DNA of 64,000 bases from Bdellovibrionales bacterium. Its GTDB lineage: Bacteria > Bdellovibrionota > Bdellovibrionia > Bdellovibrionales > CAYMLA01. Numbering within the stretch: the first letter of the stretch is position 1; every line of letters starts with the position of its first letter. The stretch lies in the NCBI GenBank assembly GCA_965217115.1, contig OZ244239.1, forward strand, positions 2,014,672 to 2,078,671, given 5' to 3'. Positions 38,855 through 47,376 of this stretch are shown piece after piece. A model generated the notes under the pieces. The model saw nothing but the letters and a program-made list of their open reading frames with translations, ran no database searches and was not told the DNA's origin. Position numbers and translations under genes: made by a program.

Positions 38855-39793
38855 ATGTATTATGATGGAGCGTTTTCTATGTTAGTGATGAGACCTTTTT
38901 TTATATTGTGCTTGTATTGTGTTTTTCCAATATCAATTCAAGCTCAAATTGTAGTAAAAAGCATTAGTAAAAGTCGGAACAGGATTGTTGTTAGTGGAAT
39001 TGGCGACTTAGTAAAAGGCGAGACCCTTTCCCACAGTGATGAATTCGAAGAAGTGTGCCCAGCGACAGTCGTCAGTTTATTAAAAGAGAAGAAGGAGCCT
39101 TTAGCGATTTTAGATATTTCTTTGTGTAGCAACAAGGTGTCCATTGAAAAAGGTTCAGTTTTTCAAAGAGACAAGGATGATTTGTTGAAAGAAGGGGGAA
39201 AAGCTGGGCGGCCTGTTTCACCAGCCCCCTCAGAGGATGGAAAGAACCCGACGATTAATGAATCTTGGTATGCCCTTTGGAGTTTCGGAGGATCAGATAT
39301 TTCTTATAACCCCACGGGAACCAATGATGTCTTGGAACAGGTAGAAGAAGATCCAGGGGTATCACGGGGGGAAATCAATTTTGATTTTTTTGGATTTTAT
39401 TGGCCTTTAAAAGAGAAAAAGGTAATACGCGGTTTTGTTATTAACGTTATATCAGATTCATTTAAGTCCAATGGCAGTGAAGTGACCCTTCGCCATAATT
39501 TATATTCTTATAGTGTCCTTGGTTTTACTGGAGATAATATTGGAGATAAATGGTTTTGGCGTGTTGATATCGGTCTAAATAAATCAAGCCTTGATATCTC
39601 AGGTGGCGAAACACCCATAGAGGCTTCATCTCGTAATTTTGAACTTGGTTATTTACTAGGGGGAGGATATGCATATCCCCTTGGTCCAGGGACCAGGTTA
39701 TTGACTGGAATTTATTACACGCATCGCAGAATTAATAGAAACAGGGGAACCAGTATAAGAGCTGTGAACGTCAATGTGGGCTTTTTATTTTAA
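38855..39793 (+). CDS. Outer-membrane beta-barrel protein with N-terminal small domain
   Basis: Signal peptide (probably from ATG 38888), alternating aromatic strands, C-terminal VNVGFLF. Confidence 0.75.
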   Translation: MYYDGAFSMLVMRPFFILCLYCVFPISIQAQIVVKSISKSRNRIVVSGIGDLVKGETLSHSDEFEEVCPATVVSLLKEKKEPLAILDISLCSNKVSIEKGSVFQRDKDDLLKEGGKAGRPVSPAPSEDGKNPTINESWYALWSFGGSDISYNPTGTNDVLEQVEEDPGVSRGEINFDFFGFYWPLKEKKVIRGFVINVISDSFKSNGSEVTLRHNLYSYSVLGFTGDNIGDKWFWRVDIGLNKSSLDISGGETPIEASSRNFELGYLLGGGYAYPLGPGTRLLTGIYYTHRRINRNRGTSIRAVNVNVGFLF

Positions 39794-39850
39794 TGAATGG
39801 TCTTCAGTCAAGAGAGCCTCAACTTTTCGAGGTGAGCTATTTATTTAAGG

Positions 39851-40723
39851 CTATTGTTTATCTCTACCAAAGAGAGTGCCCCCATCATCAGGGTGAATAT
39901 CGTCTGAATCACTGATGGAAACTCCCCTTAACTTGGCCTTTAAGGCGGTTTTATGGGCCAAAAAGAATTCTGAAGATGATTGAAGATAACCTCCCGATAA
40001 GAGATATGCCTGGAACTCATTTTTGATGAGAAAATCATTGCTTTCATCATATGGAATGGGGAAACCTTTTTTAAAGATCTTTTTTTCCTCAATGTTAAGC
40101 CCCTCCCAGTATTTATCTACAATACGACGATACTCAAGATTTAGAAAATATTGAGCATGGAGAAACTCATGATTAATGGTTCTCTTATAAAATAAAAATG
40201 GTCGAATGAAGGTGGCAATGAGGACAAAATCAGAATCAGAGTCTAAAAACGGGTTTAATTTTGTAAATAATGCTGATTCAGCCCCGTTAAGGCAGTATGA
40301 CCGATCCTCTGGACACTTTTCATTGACGACTTTTAAAAAAGTCTTAAGATCTTTTTTTTGCAAATCATGCCCAAGAAGAAGCCTCTTTTTACTGACGAGA
40401 GGATGGGTTGTTTTTATTAAGGTCCCAGTTTTAATATCAAACAACCCTTCAACAAATACCGAGGCTCTTGTGAGGGCAGAGTTCATTGTCCCAGAGAGGT
40501 AACTTTGGCAAATCAGCACTCTTAACTCTTTAGTCTCGCTACATTGAGTGGAGTGAACATTGCCTGCATGGTCGTTTTTAACATCATTAATATACTTTAA
40601 ATACCAAGAGTGAAGGTCACTTGATACGGAAATTGGCCGTTCCGATATGAAAACTTTATAGCCTGGTGTTGAGGCTAGGGAGCTAGAGAGTGACAAGAGG
40701 AATACCAAGAATAGACCCTTCAT
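39851..40723 (-). CDS. Secreted zincin-like metallopeptidase (putative)
   Basis: Signal peptide; INHEFLHAQY (HExxH) and downstream NEFQAY third-ligand motif. Confidence 0.65.
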   Translation of the reverse strand: MKGLFLVFLLSLSSSLASTPGYKVFISERPISVSSDLHSWYLKYINDVKNDHAGNVHSTQCSETKELRVLICQSYLSGTMNSALTRASVFVEGLFDIKTGTLIKTTHPLVSKKRLLLGHDLQKKDLKTFLKVVNEKCPEDRSYCLNGAESALFTKLNPFLDSDSDFVLIATFIRPFLFYKRTINHEFLHAQYFLNLEYRRIVDKYWEGLNIEEKKIFKKGFPIPYDESNDFLIKNEFQAYLLSGGYLQSSSEFFLAHKTALKAKLRGVSISDSDDIHPDDGGTLFGRDKQ

Positions 40724-41161
40724 TTTAACTTCCCCTCATAGTTAAGACTGTTAGTATCTTTATCTTATAGAACAGGGAATTGAAGTATCATATTCCATAT
40801 TGTGCAGTTATTATTTTTTCTATTTTTCATCTAAGAGTAAATTTTACAATACTAAAAGACGGGGAGGGACCCATTGCCCCAGCGACTGATTATTTAAACC
40901 TAGTGGCATAGAATTAGCTCTCTCTTCCATAACCATAGAAATCTTCTTCCTCGAATGGGGAAGAGAGTCGCCCGTTGACTATGCCCCGAAGTGAGGATTT
41001 TGGCTTTAGATGAGTTCTTTAAATTAATTGCCGCAAAGACTTGTGAAGAGATAAAATGGGTAACCACAGATCAGCATGAAGGTGACGGCCCATCGATCTG
41101 TTTGAGCCATTTGAAAAAGAGTTCAAGTTTATAGCCTCAAACCGAGATAATCTCCATAATT

Positions 41162-41213
41162 ATGCTCTATATAGCATGTTTATCTTGAATTTTAATGCTT
41201 TTTATAGCATAAT
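41162..41213 (+). promoter_or_regulatory. Sigma70 promoter with two ATGCT-N6-AGCAT operators
   Basis: TTGAAT-17-CATAAT; palindromes at 41162-41177 and 41195-41210. Confidence 0.75.
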
Positions 41214-41220
41214 ACTCTGT

Positions 41221-41697
41221 ATGGATAATAAAAAGAAAAGAACTTTAAATCAAAGGGAGATCATTGATAGGAAATCAGGGAAGTGGCTAGGTTTACGAAC
41301 TGAACCCGCTCCTCGTTCTGGTTGGCTAAAGGCCATACGAGGTTCACTGGGAATCAGTAGCTCCCAGCTAGCGAAGCTCATGGGTATTCATCAAGCCAAC
41401 GTCACTCGACTGGAAAAGCGTGAGGCAAAAGGCACAGCAAGCTTTGAATCTATAAACCAAGCAGCAAAGGCTATGAATTGTAAAGTTATTTACGCCATTG
41501 TTCCCGATGATAATTATCAGGACCTTGAAGAAATAATGACAGAAAAGTCTAATAATCTAGCACAAATAACTTTAGAAAAGTTAGAGCACAGCATGGAACT
41601 TGAAAAACAGGGTTCTGGCGTCAGCTCATCTGACATAAAAAAACTATCGAATGAGCTAAAAATAAATTTAGACCCACGCTTATGGGACAATAAATAA
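41221..41697 (+). CDS. Mobile mystery protein A (XRE-family HTH), copy 1
   Basis: PRSGWLKAIRGSLG.S..QLA..MG, E.REA.G, A.AMNC..YA.VP, HSMELE.Q, LW. Confidence 0.9.
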   Translation: MDNKKKRTLNQREIIDRKSGKWLGLRTEPAPRSGWLKAIRGSLGISSSQLAKLMGIHQANVTRLEKREAKGTASFESINQAAKAMNCKVIYAIVPDDNYQDLEEIMTEKSNNLAQITLEKLEHSMELEKQGSGVSSSDIKKLSNELKINLDPRLWDNK

Positions 41698-41699
41698 CC

Positions 41700-41949
41700 A
41701 TGGCTAAATTTAAAATTAAGAACGAACAAGGAGCCACGCCTCTTAACCCAGATGAACGAGCAGATTTAATTCCTGATTATATTTCCACCCAAGAGGAATT
41801 AAATAGGTTAGAGAGAAAAAACATTTTAGAGGCAGAAAAATGGCTTAATAAAAAGAAAGAGTTTTTGTTAAATGTTAGTTTTATCCTAAGTGTTCATAAA
41901 AAATGGGAGAAAAGATATTTCTAGATTATTAAAATTTGCAAAAAGCTAG
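41700..41949 (+). pseudogene. Mobile mystery protein B (Fic family), internally deleted
   Basis: N-terminus GATPLNPDE..LIP..ELN..E..NI..A..W..HKK joined out of frame to a C-terminus-like RKDISRLLKFAKS*; no HPF..GNGR motif. Confidence 0.8.
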
Positions 41950-42177
41950 ATTAACTAGATATCGTAATTTATAAACTAATTCGTGCTATCAGGCCTTTAG
42001 TTAAGAGGGGTGTTATTGTAAATATTTCTCACTGGGGGACTGGGGGAAGTGAATAATAGCGGAGAATCGTCTTTTTTCATTGAGAGACGGATTTCTTATT
42101 GTAAATTTAAGATCTTCCAGTAAATAGCTATCATCAAACATATTTATGAAAAAAACATTAATGGAATGGGAGGAAAA

Positions 42178-42618
42178 ATGAAAATATTGAGTTTGTTTGT
42201 TTTAATGGCCTTTTTTGCTAGCATATCAAATGCGGCTTCAGAGCTAAGTTTTCCATTGAATTGCGAAACTGAAGGAAGGCAGCCTTATGTAAAAATGCAG
42301 CTGTGGATGCATCTGCATATCGTTGTTTTGCCTTTGTCGGAAGAACAAAAAGGTTTTAATCGTGTCTTAATATCAGCAAATCTCTGTCCTATCTCTGGCA
42401 CGGGTTTTTGTAAAAACCATAAAGATTGGTTTTATGGGACTCATAAAAAAGTTGGCTCTAAAATTATTGTAGAAAGCATTAGAGCAGATGGAAGTCGTTT
42501 GGAAATAGATGTCAAAACTAAGACAGGCTTTGTTATCTTAGATGACAACGATCGCGTTGGACGGATTGCTCGCGAAGTCGTCACTTCCTCAGTTGGAATG
42601 AAAATCAGCTGTCAATAA
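42178..42618 (+). CDS. Hypothetical secreted protein
   Basis: GGAGG RBS, signal peptide ending SNA, four Cys. Confidence 0.75.
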   Translation: MKILSLFVLMAFFASISNAASELSFPLNCETEGRQPYVKMQLWMHLHIVVLPLSEEQKGFNRVLISANLCPISGTGFCKNHKDWFYGTHKKVGSKIIVESIRADGSRLEIDVKTKTGFVILDDNDRVGRIAREVVTSSVGMKISCQ

Positions 42619-42919
42619 GACCTGAATGAACGGATTTATTCTCGACCACTCGATTTTAAAATCGAGTTCACCCATAGAGACAATAAAATTTCATTGAAGC
42701 GAAAGGGCCATAATAATTGGTCCTTTTGTTTTTTAGTTTTCTAAATCCACGCTATTCAGCGCCGTCTTCCCTAGAATCACCATTGCGAGACCCAAACCGT
42801 GCTGGACACATCGAAATTTAAAGGGGCTTATTAAGAATATTCTCCCCATGGGGTGATCTTTTTCTGTATGAGCCATTTGAGAAGTTTGTAGCCTCAACTC
42901 AAGACAACACCCCATAAAT

Positions 42920-42971
42920 ATGCTCTATATAGCATATTTACCTTGAGTTTTAATGCTTTTTATAGCATAAT
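42920..42971 (+). promoter_or_regulatory. Second copy of the promoter with two ATGCT-N6-AGCAT operators
   Basis: TTGAGT-17-CATAAT; palindromes at 42920-42935 and 42953-42968. Confidence 0.75.
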
Positions 42972-42978
42972 ACTATGT

Positions 42979-43455
42979 ATGAATAATAAAAAGAAAAGAA
43001 CTTTAAATCAAAGAGAGATCATTGATAGGAAATCAGGGAAGTGGCTAGATTTGCGAACTGAACCCGCTCCTCGTTCTGGTTGGCTAAAGGCCATACGAGG
43101 TTCACTGGGAATCAGTAGCTCCCAGCTAGCGAAGCTCATGGGTATTCATCAAGCCAACGTCACTCGACTGGAAAAGCGTGAGGCAAAAGGCACAGCAAGC
43201 TTTGAATCTATAAACCAAGCAGCAAAGGCTATGAATTGTAAAGTTATTTACGCCATTGTTCCCGATGATAATTATCAGGACCTTGAAGAAATAATGACAG
43301 AAAAGTCTAATAATCTAGCACAAATAACTTTAGAAAAGTTAGAGCACAGCATGGAACTTGAAAAACAAAGCTCTGGCGTCAGCTCATCTGATATAAAAAA
43401 GCTATCTCATGAGCTAAAAATAAATTTAGACCCACGCTTATGGGAAAAGAAATAA
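42979..43455 (+). CDS. Mobile mystery protein A (XRE-family HTH), copy 2
   Basis: Near-identical to 41221-41697. Confidence 0.9.
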   Translation: MNNKKKRTLNQREIIDRKSGKWLDLRTEPAPRSGWLKAIRGSLGISSSQLAKLMGIHQANVTRLEKREAKGTASFESINQAAKAMNCKVIYAIVPDDNYQDLEEIMTEKSNNLAQITLEKLEHSMELEKQSSGVSSSDIKKLSHELKINLDPRLWEKK

Positions 43456-43718
43456 ATGACTAAGGATAAATTTAAAATTAAGCACGAGCAAGGAGCCAGC
43501 CTCTTAATCCAGATGAGCTAGCAGGTCTAATTCCTGATTATATTTCCACCCAAGAGGAATTAAATAGGTTAGAGAGAAAAAACATTTTAGAGGCAGAAAA
43601 ATGGCTTAATAAAAAGAAAGAGTTTTTGTTAAATGTTAGTTTTATCCTAAGTATTCATAAAAAAATGTTTGAGGATGTTTGGAGTTGGGCGGGTAAACCC
43701 CGGGGGCATAAAGTATAA
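43456..43718 (+). pseudogene. Mobile mystery protein B, frameshifted and truncated
   Basis: 1-bp deletion in the GATP codons (GCCAGCCT vs GCCACGCCT); continues in another frame to HKKMFEDVWSWAGKPR then stops. Confidence 0.85.
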
Positions 43719-43736
43719 ATTAGGAGATAAGTTATT

Positions 43737-44708
43737 GTGATTATAAAAATAGCAAGCAAAAATATATATAAAAAATATCTGAAGGATAATTCTTTTAGAG
43801 TGAGGTCTTCGTTGTATTATGTAAAGGATGATAATCTAGAAAGGGGCGATAAAAATGAGTTAATATACCCAATACACATAGACTTTGAGAATAGGATTAA
43901 AAATGAATCTATACTTCAAGATATAAAGAGTGAATATGGAAGAGTTGACATAAGAAAATGCCCTAGTGAGAAAGAGATATACGCGAATATTTGGATACCT
44001 AATTACTTATTATTTTGTTGTTCCCAGTTATCGCCTGAAGAGGATAGGTCTAAGTTTATAAAAATAATGGGAAATAAGTTTAAATATGATGACCCAATTG
44101 GGCATGAGATAGATATTGATTTATTCGCGGAAGGTGCGTGTCAAGAATTACTCCATCAATTCCCCTCTTTGGTTAATAAGGAGTTTTCCAAATGTTCCGC
44201 GAATATGCATATATCTAGTAAGCATGTAGATTTAAAGAAAAAGTTAAATCTAAAACAGTGGAGCGGATCAGTTAAAAGCTTTGGGATATTTAGTCTTAAC
44301 CCGAACCGTAAAATATCTCTTGAGAAAGAAAAATTCCATGTTAGTAAAGAATTTTATATTGGTATAGAATGTGTTTATGGAAATGTTCAATATTATGATA
44401 AATACATACCAATAAATAGAGATAACCCAGAGTTGAAGTATAGACTAATCCCGTTCTTTAAGGAAAATGCTTATAGAGATCAGAAAGAATTTAGATTTTC
44501 TTTTAGCTTTTTTATATTTACATATGATGATGTAAATATACCTCCTGTAAATCCAGAAAAATCTTCTACGTTTGCACATGGCGTCTATTCCAATGTTTGT
44601 TTCGATGATGACGTGATTAATCAACTTAGTATACAAAGAGAAAATATCACTTTATTGGAATTAAATAAAGAGTATGCTGATTTTTGTATATATCCTAATT
44701 ATAGTTAA
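43737..44708 (+). CDS. Hypothetical cytoplasmic protein, very AT-rich
   Basis: 323-aa ORF with AGGAG RBS; FCCS and K..AY.DQKEFRF motifs. Confidence 0.7.
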   Translation: MIIKIASKNIYKKYLKDNSFRVRSSLYYVKDDNLERGDKNELIYPIHIDFENRIKNESILQDIKSEYGRVDIRKCPSEKEIYANIWIPNYLLFCCSQLSPEEDRSKFIKIMGNKFKYDDPIGHEIDIDLFAEGACQELLHQFPSLVNKEFSKCSANMHISSKHVDLKKKLNLKQWSGSVKSFGIFSLNPNRKISLEKEKFHVSKEFYIGIECVYGNVQYYDKYIPINRDNPELKYRLIPFFKENAYRDQKEFRFSFSFFIFTYDDVNIPPVNPEKSSTFAHGVYSNVCFDDDVINQLSIQRENITLLELNKEYADFCIYPNYS

Positions 44709-44888
44709 GTGTCTTAAGGTGTGGTTTGATATCATTAAGCTAATTTTGATTTCAAAAATTCAAAACAAAAAATTTTTGCTTTGGCTGGATTCGAATCAGC
44801 ATTCTTGGCCGAATCTGTTGAGAGAGAGACTGGTGGAGGTCTTTTATTTTTTAGTTTTTTGAACCCACGCTATCTATTCAGCGCCGTT

Positions 44889-45410
44889 TTACCTAGCGTC
44901 ATTAGGATTAAAATAGAGAGGGTCTAACTTACAATCAATGCCATTAAAGCTAACATTTCGGGACATCTCTATATTAGAAATTTTTTGGGACTGAAGGAAG
45001 TCGCCTAAGCTTTTACAATCTAGTGGTACACGATCAGCATAGACAGAGGTTGAACCAATGCTCGTTAGTAATCCTAGAGGAGAAAACTTTTTTACAAAAA
45101 CAAGAACGGCAATCATCCCAGCCAATATTTTGTACTCTGTCCTTATGATCACCTCTGGTGTATTGGGATCTTCTAAAGGATTAATCCTAGCCCATTCTGT
45201 ATCTGTTACAGAGCCAGGGGCTGCATCTGTTGCAGCATCAGGGTCTGCATCTGTTGCAGCATCAGGGTCTGCATCTGTTGCAGCATCAGAGAGCGCTACT
45301 GACATATCGCGATGGGTAGGATTGAGGCTCACCTCTGCAAGGTCACGACCGAATGAGACTGAAGCCAGAAAAATGAGTCCTAATTTAACGATCAATTGTA
45401 GGCTCTTCAT
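44889..45410 (-). CDS. Hypothetical secreted protein with DAATDADP tandem repeat
   Basis: AAGGAG RBS, signal peptide, 24-bp repeat x3 at 45221-45289. Confidence 0.7.
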   Translation of the reverse strand: MKSLQLIVKLGLIFLASVSFGRDLAEVSLNPTHRDMSVALSDAATDADPDAATDADPDAATDAAPGSVTDTEWARINPLEDPNTPEVIIRTEYKILAGMIAVLVFVKKFSPLGLLTSIGSTSVYADRVPLDCKSLGDFLQSQKISNIEMSRNVSFNGIDCKLDPLYFNPNDAR

Positions 45411-45461
45411 TTTAACTTTCTCCTTAGAGTGTAAATTTACGATAAAAAGGGCTCTTACTTT

Positions 45462-46205
45462 TTAATTATGAAGAGGTGTGAAAAAGATTTGACCTCTTAA
45501 CTGTGGACCCTGAATGTAAAGAGTCGAAGGGCTAATGCTCTTCTCTTCTCGAAGGGCTTCTGCCAGAGTAGGCCGACGCCGACCAATGTCGTCCCGAGTC
45601 TGGGAGTTAATGAAAAGTTTTTTGCTAACTTCTTCATCATCAGTTTCATCAGTAAAACTCGGAAGTTCTAGTTCGTATGGGCTTGAGTTACGAAGAACTT
45701 TATTTCCAGCGGAGTTAATCAAAACCTCTATAGAGTTTTCCCTGTATCTATCATCTGTTTTTTTGATACTCGATAGCAATGAATTTACGTGGACTTCTTC
45801 CATTGTAAATCGTAGTAACAAATTCTCAGAGCTATCATAAGCCAATCCCTTATCCGTAAAGGCAATCTTCTGTAAAGTTTCTATTGAGAGCCTCATGTAG
45901 GGACCTTTTATAGCTTTTCCTTTGAGCACTTTTAAGTCACTAATATCCAAGGGATATTTTCCGATGAGAGATTCGTCACTTCCTTGAGTGGCAGTGATTT
46001 TTAAAGACAACTCAGGAGTGTCATCACTAGACCACCAGTTCACCCCATCCTTTTCTAGTCCCCTAGTTAGTGTTGAAAATAGGATATGTATATATTTTGA
46101 ATCTACTGAATCTGTTGGTAAAGCATCAGCCTGTGCTAGCGGCATCATTAAGGTTAAAATAGAAAAAACGATGACGATCCTCTTTAAACTGAACAAGAAA
46201 AACAT
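45462..46205 (-). CDS. Hypothetical secreted protein
   Basis: AGGAGG RBS, signal peptide ending AQA. Confidence 0.75.
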   Translation of the reverse strand: MFFLFSLKRIVIVFSILTLMMPLAQADALPTDSVDSKYIHILFSTLTRGLEKDGVNWWSSDDTPELSLKITATQGSDESLIGKYPLDISDLKVLKGKAIKGPYMRLSIETLQKIAFTDKGLAYDSSENLLLRFTMEEVHVNSLLSSIKKTDDRYRENSIEVLINSAGNKVLRNSSPYELELPSFTDETDDEEVSKKLFINSQTRDDIGRRRPTLAEALREEKSISPSTLYIQGPQLRGQIFFTPLHN

Positions 46206-46529
46206 ATAAGCCTCCTAATCATAGCCTTATATTTTAAGTATCGTTTTATCTCCTTTAGGAGAGGGATTCTCCTAAAGTCTGATTGATACCATTAATTTCA
46301 AGATTCTAAATTGCACCTTCTATGCCACTAAGAGAATAGCTCAAGTCTTAGTCTATTGGTCTTAGGAGTTCTTGAGGTGTCTAGCCCCCCGCGTAGATTG
46401 TCATTTCTTTTCTTCACACCGATTGATCTTCAAGGGGGGATTGTAAAGATTTCAGTGGAAGGATAAAAGCCCCCCCAAGAGATCACTTTTGAGATATAAT
46501 CTGTTTTTTAACTGAACAAGGGATTACCT

Positions 46530-47156
46530 ATGAAAAAACTATTAATTGCGTTAACACTCTTAACTACGGTCTCATCATCTGCGAGTGGGTTATCAGTCTT
46601 TACAGAAACGAGTTTAAAGGAAAATATTCTTTCTTTAGATATGGTCACTGAGGCAAATACTATACTTAGTTCACTTTCACAGAATCATATCAAGCGCTTG
46701 GCCGAAGCCTTCGAAGGCAGTAAAGTTGTAACTTTATATAGATGTAAAGTGTTTTCCTTACAACTTGCAATCGGTGGAGCGGGTGGAATCTGCACGGGTA
46801 TTGAGATAAGGGATAATGGGAATGTTAGGGTAAAAGAATATGTTAAAATCGCAATACAAGCTGGCCCTGGAATCGAAGTGAATCAAATTGAAGATATAGA
46901 AGTTTATGCTAATTACTTATCAGAATATAGTGGTCAAGTTGATGTCTTTTCTAATGGAGCTGCAGTTCTTGGCGTTGGGATTAAACACATTAATGCTGAT
47001 ACTAAGGAGAGTAATGAGCAGTCTTTTTATGATGGCCATTTGATTAGAGGGCTTTCTTTTACCTGGGTAAGCGCTCAAGTTGGTATAACTATTCCGACAG
47101 AAAAAACTATAGAGTTAAGACTCGAAAAGGCTGTTATTAAAAGATTATTTGATTAA
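46530..47156 (+). CDS. Hypothetical secreted protein
   Basis: MKKLLIAL signal peptide, beta-rich Gly-containing domain. Confidence 0.75.
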   Translation: MKKLLIALTLLTTVSSSASGLSVFTETSLKENILSLDMVTEANTILSSLSQNHIKRLAEAFEGSKVVTLYRCKVFSLQLAIGGAGGICTGIEIRDNGNVRVKEYVKIAIQAGPGIEVNQIEDIEVYANYLSEYSGQVDVFSNGAAVLGVGIKHINADTKESNEQSFYDGHLIRGLSFTWVSAQVGITIPTEKTIELRLEKAVIKRLFD

Positions 47157-47376
47157 GTAAATTGTGAGCAAAGCTCGTATTTGGGGAGAATTTTTTTCTG
47201 AGCCTAAAAATATGCCTTAAATCTACAAGGTCTTCTCATCTGCATGATGGCAGTTCCTCTTTGTTCTGTTGACCCCCATCAAGAGGGGTGTTACGACCCC
47301 CTAAAGTGAACAAAGAAAAGTCCTCCTGTTGCAGGTTTAGGTCGCCAGAGGTGGATTAAAACGAGGAGTTGAGAAG

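Noticed and set aside
44783-44801. tRNA gene or att site (GCTGATTCGAATCCAGCC on the minus strand)
   Set aside because: Only a T-arm-like fragment; no cloverleaf and no match to the three tRNAs in the window
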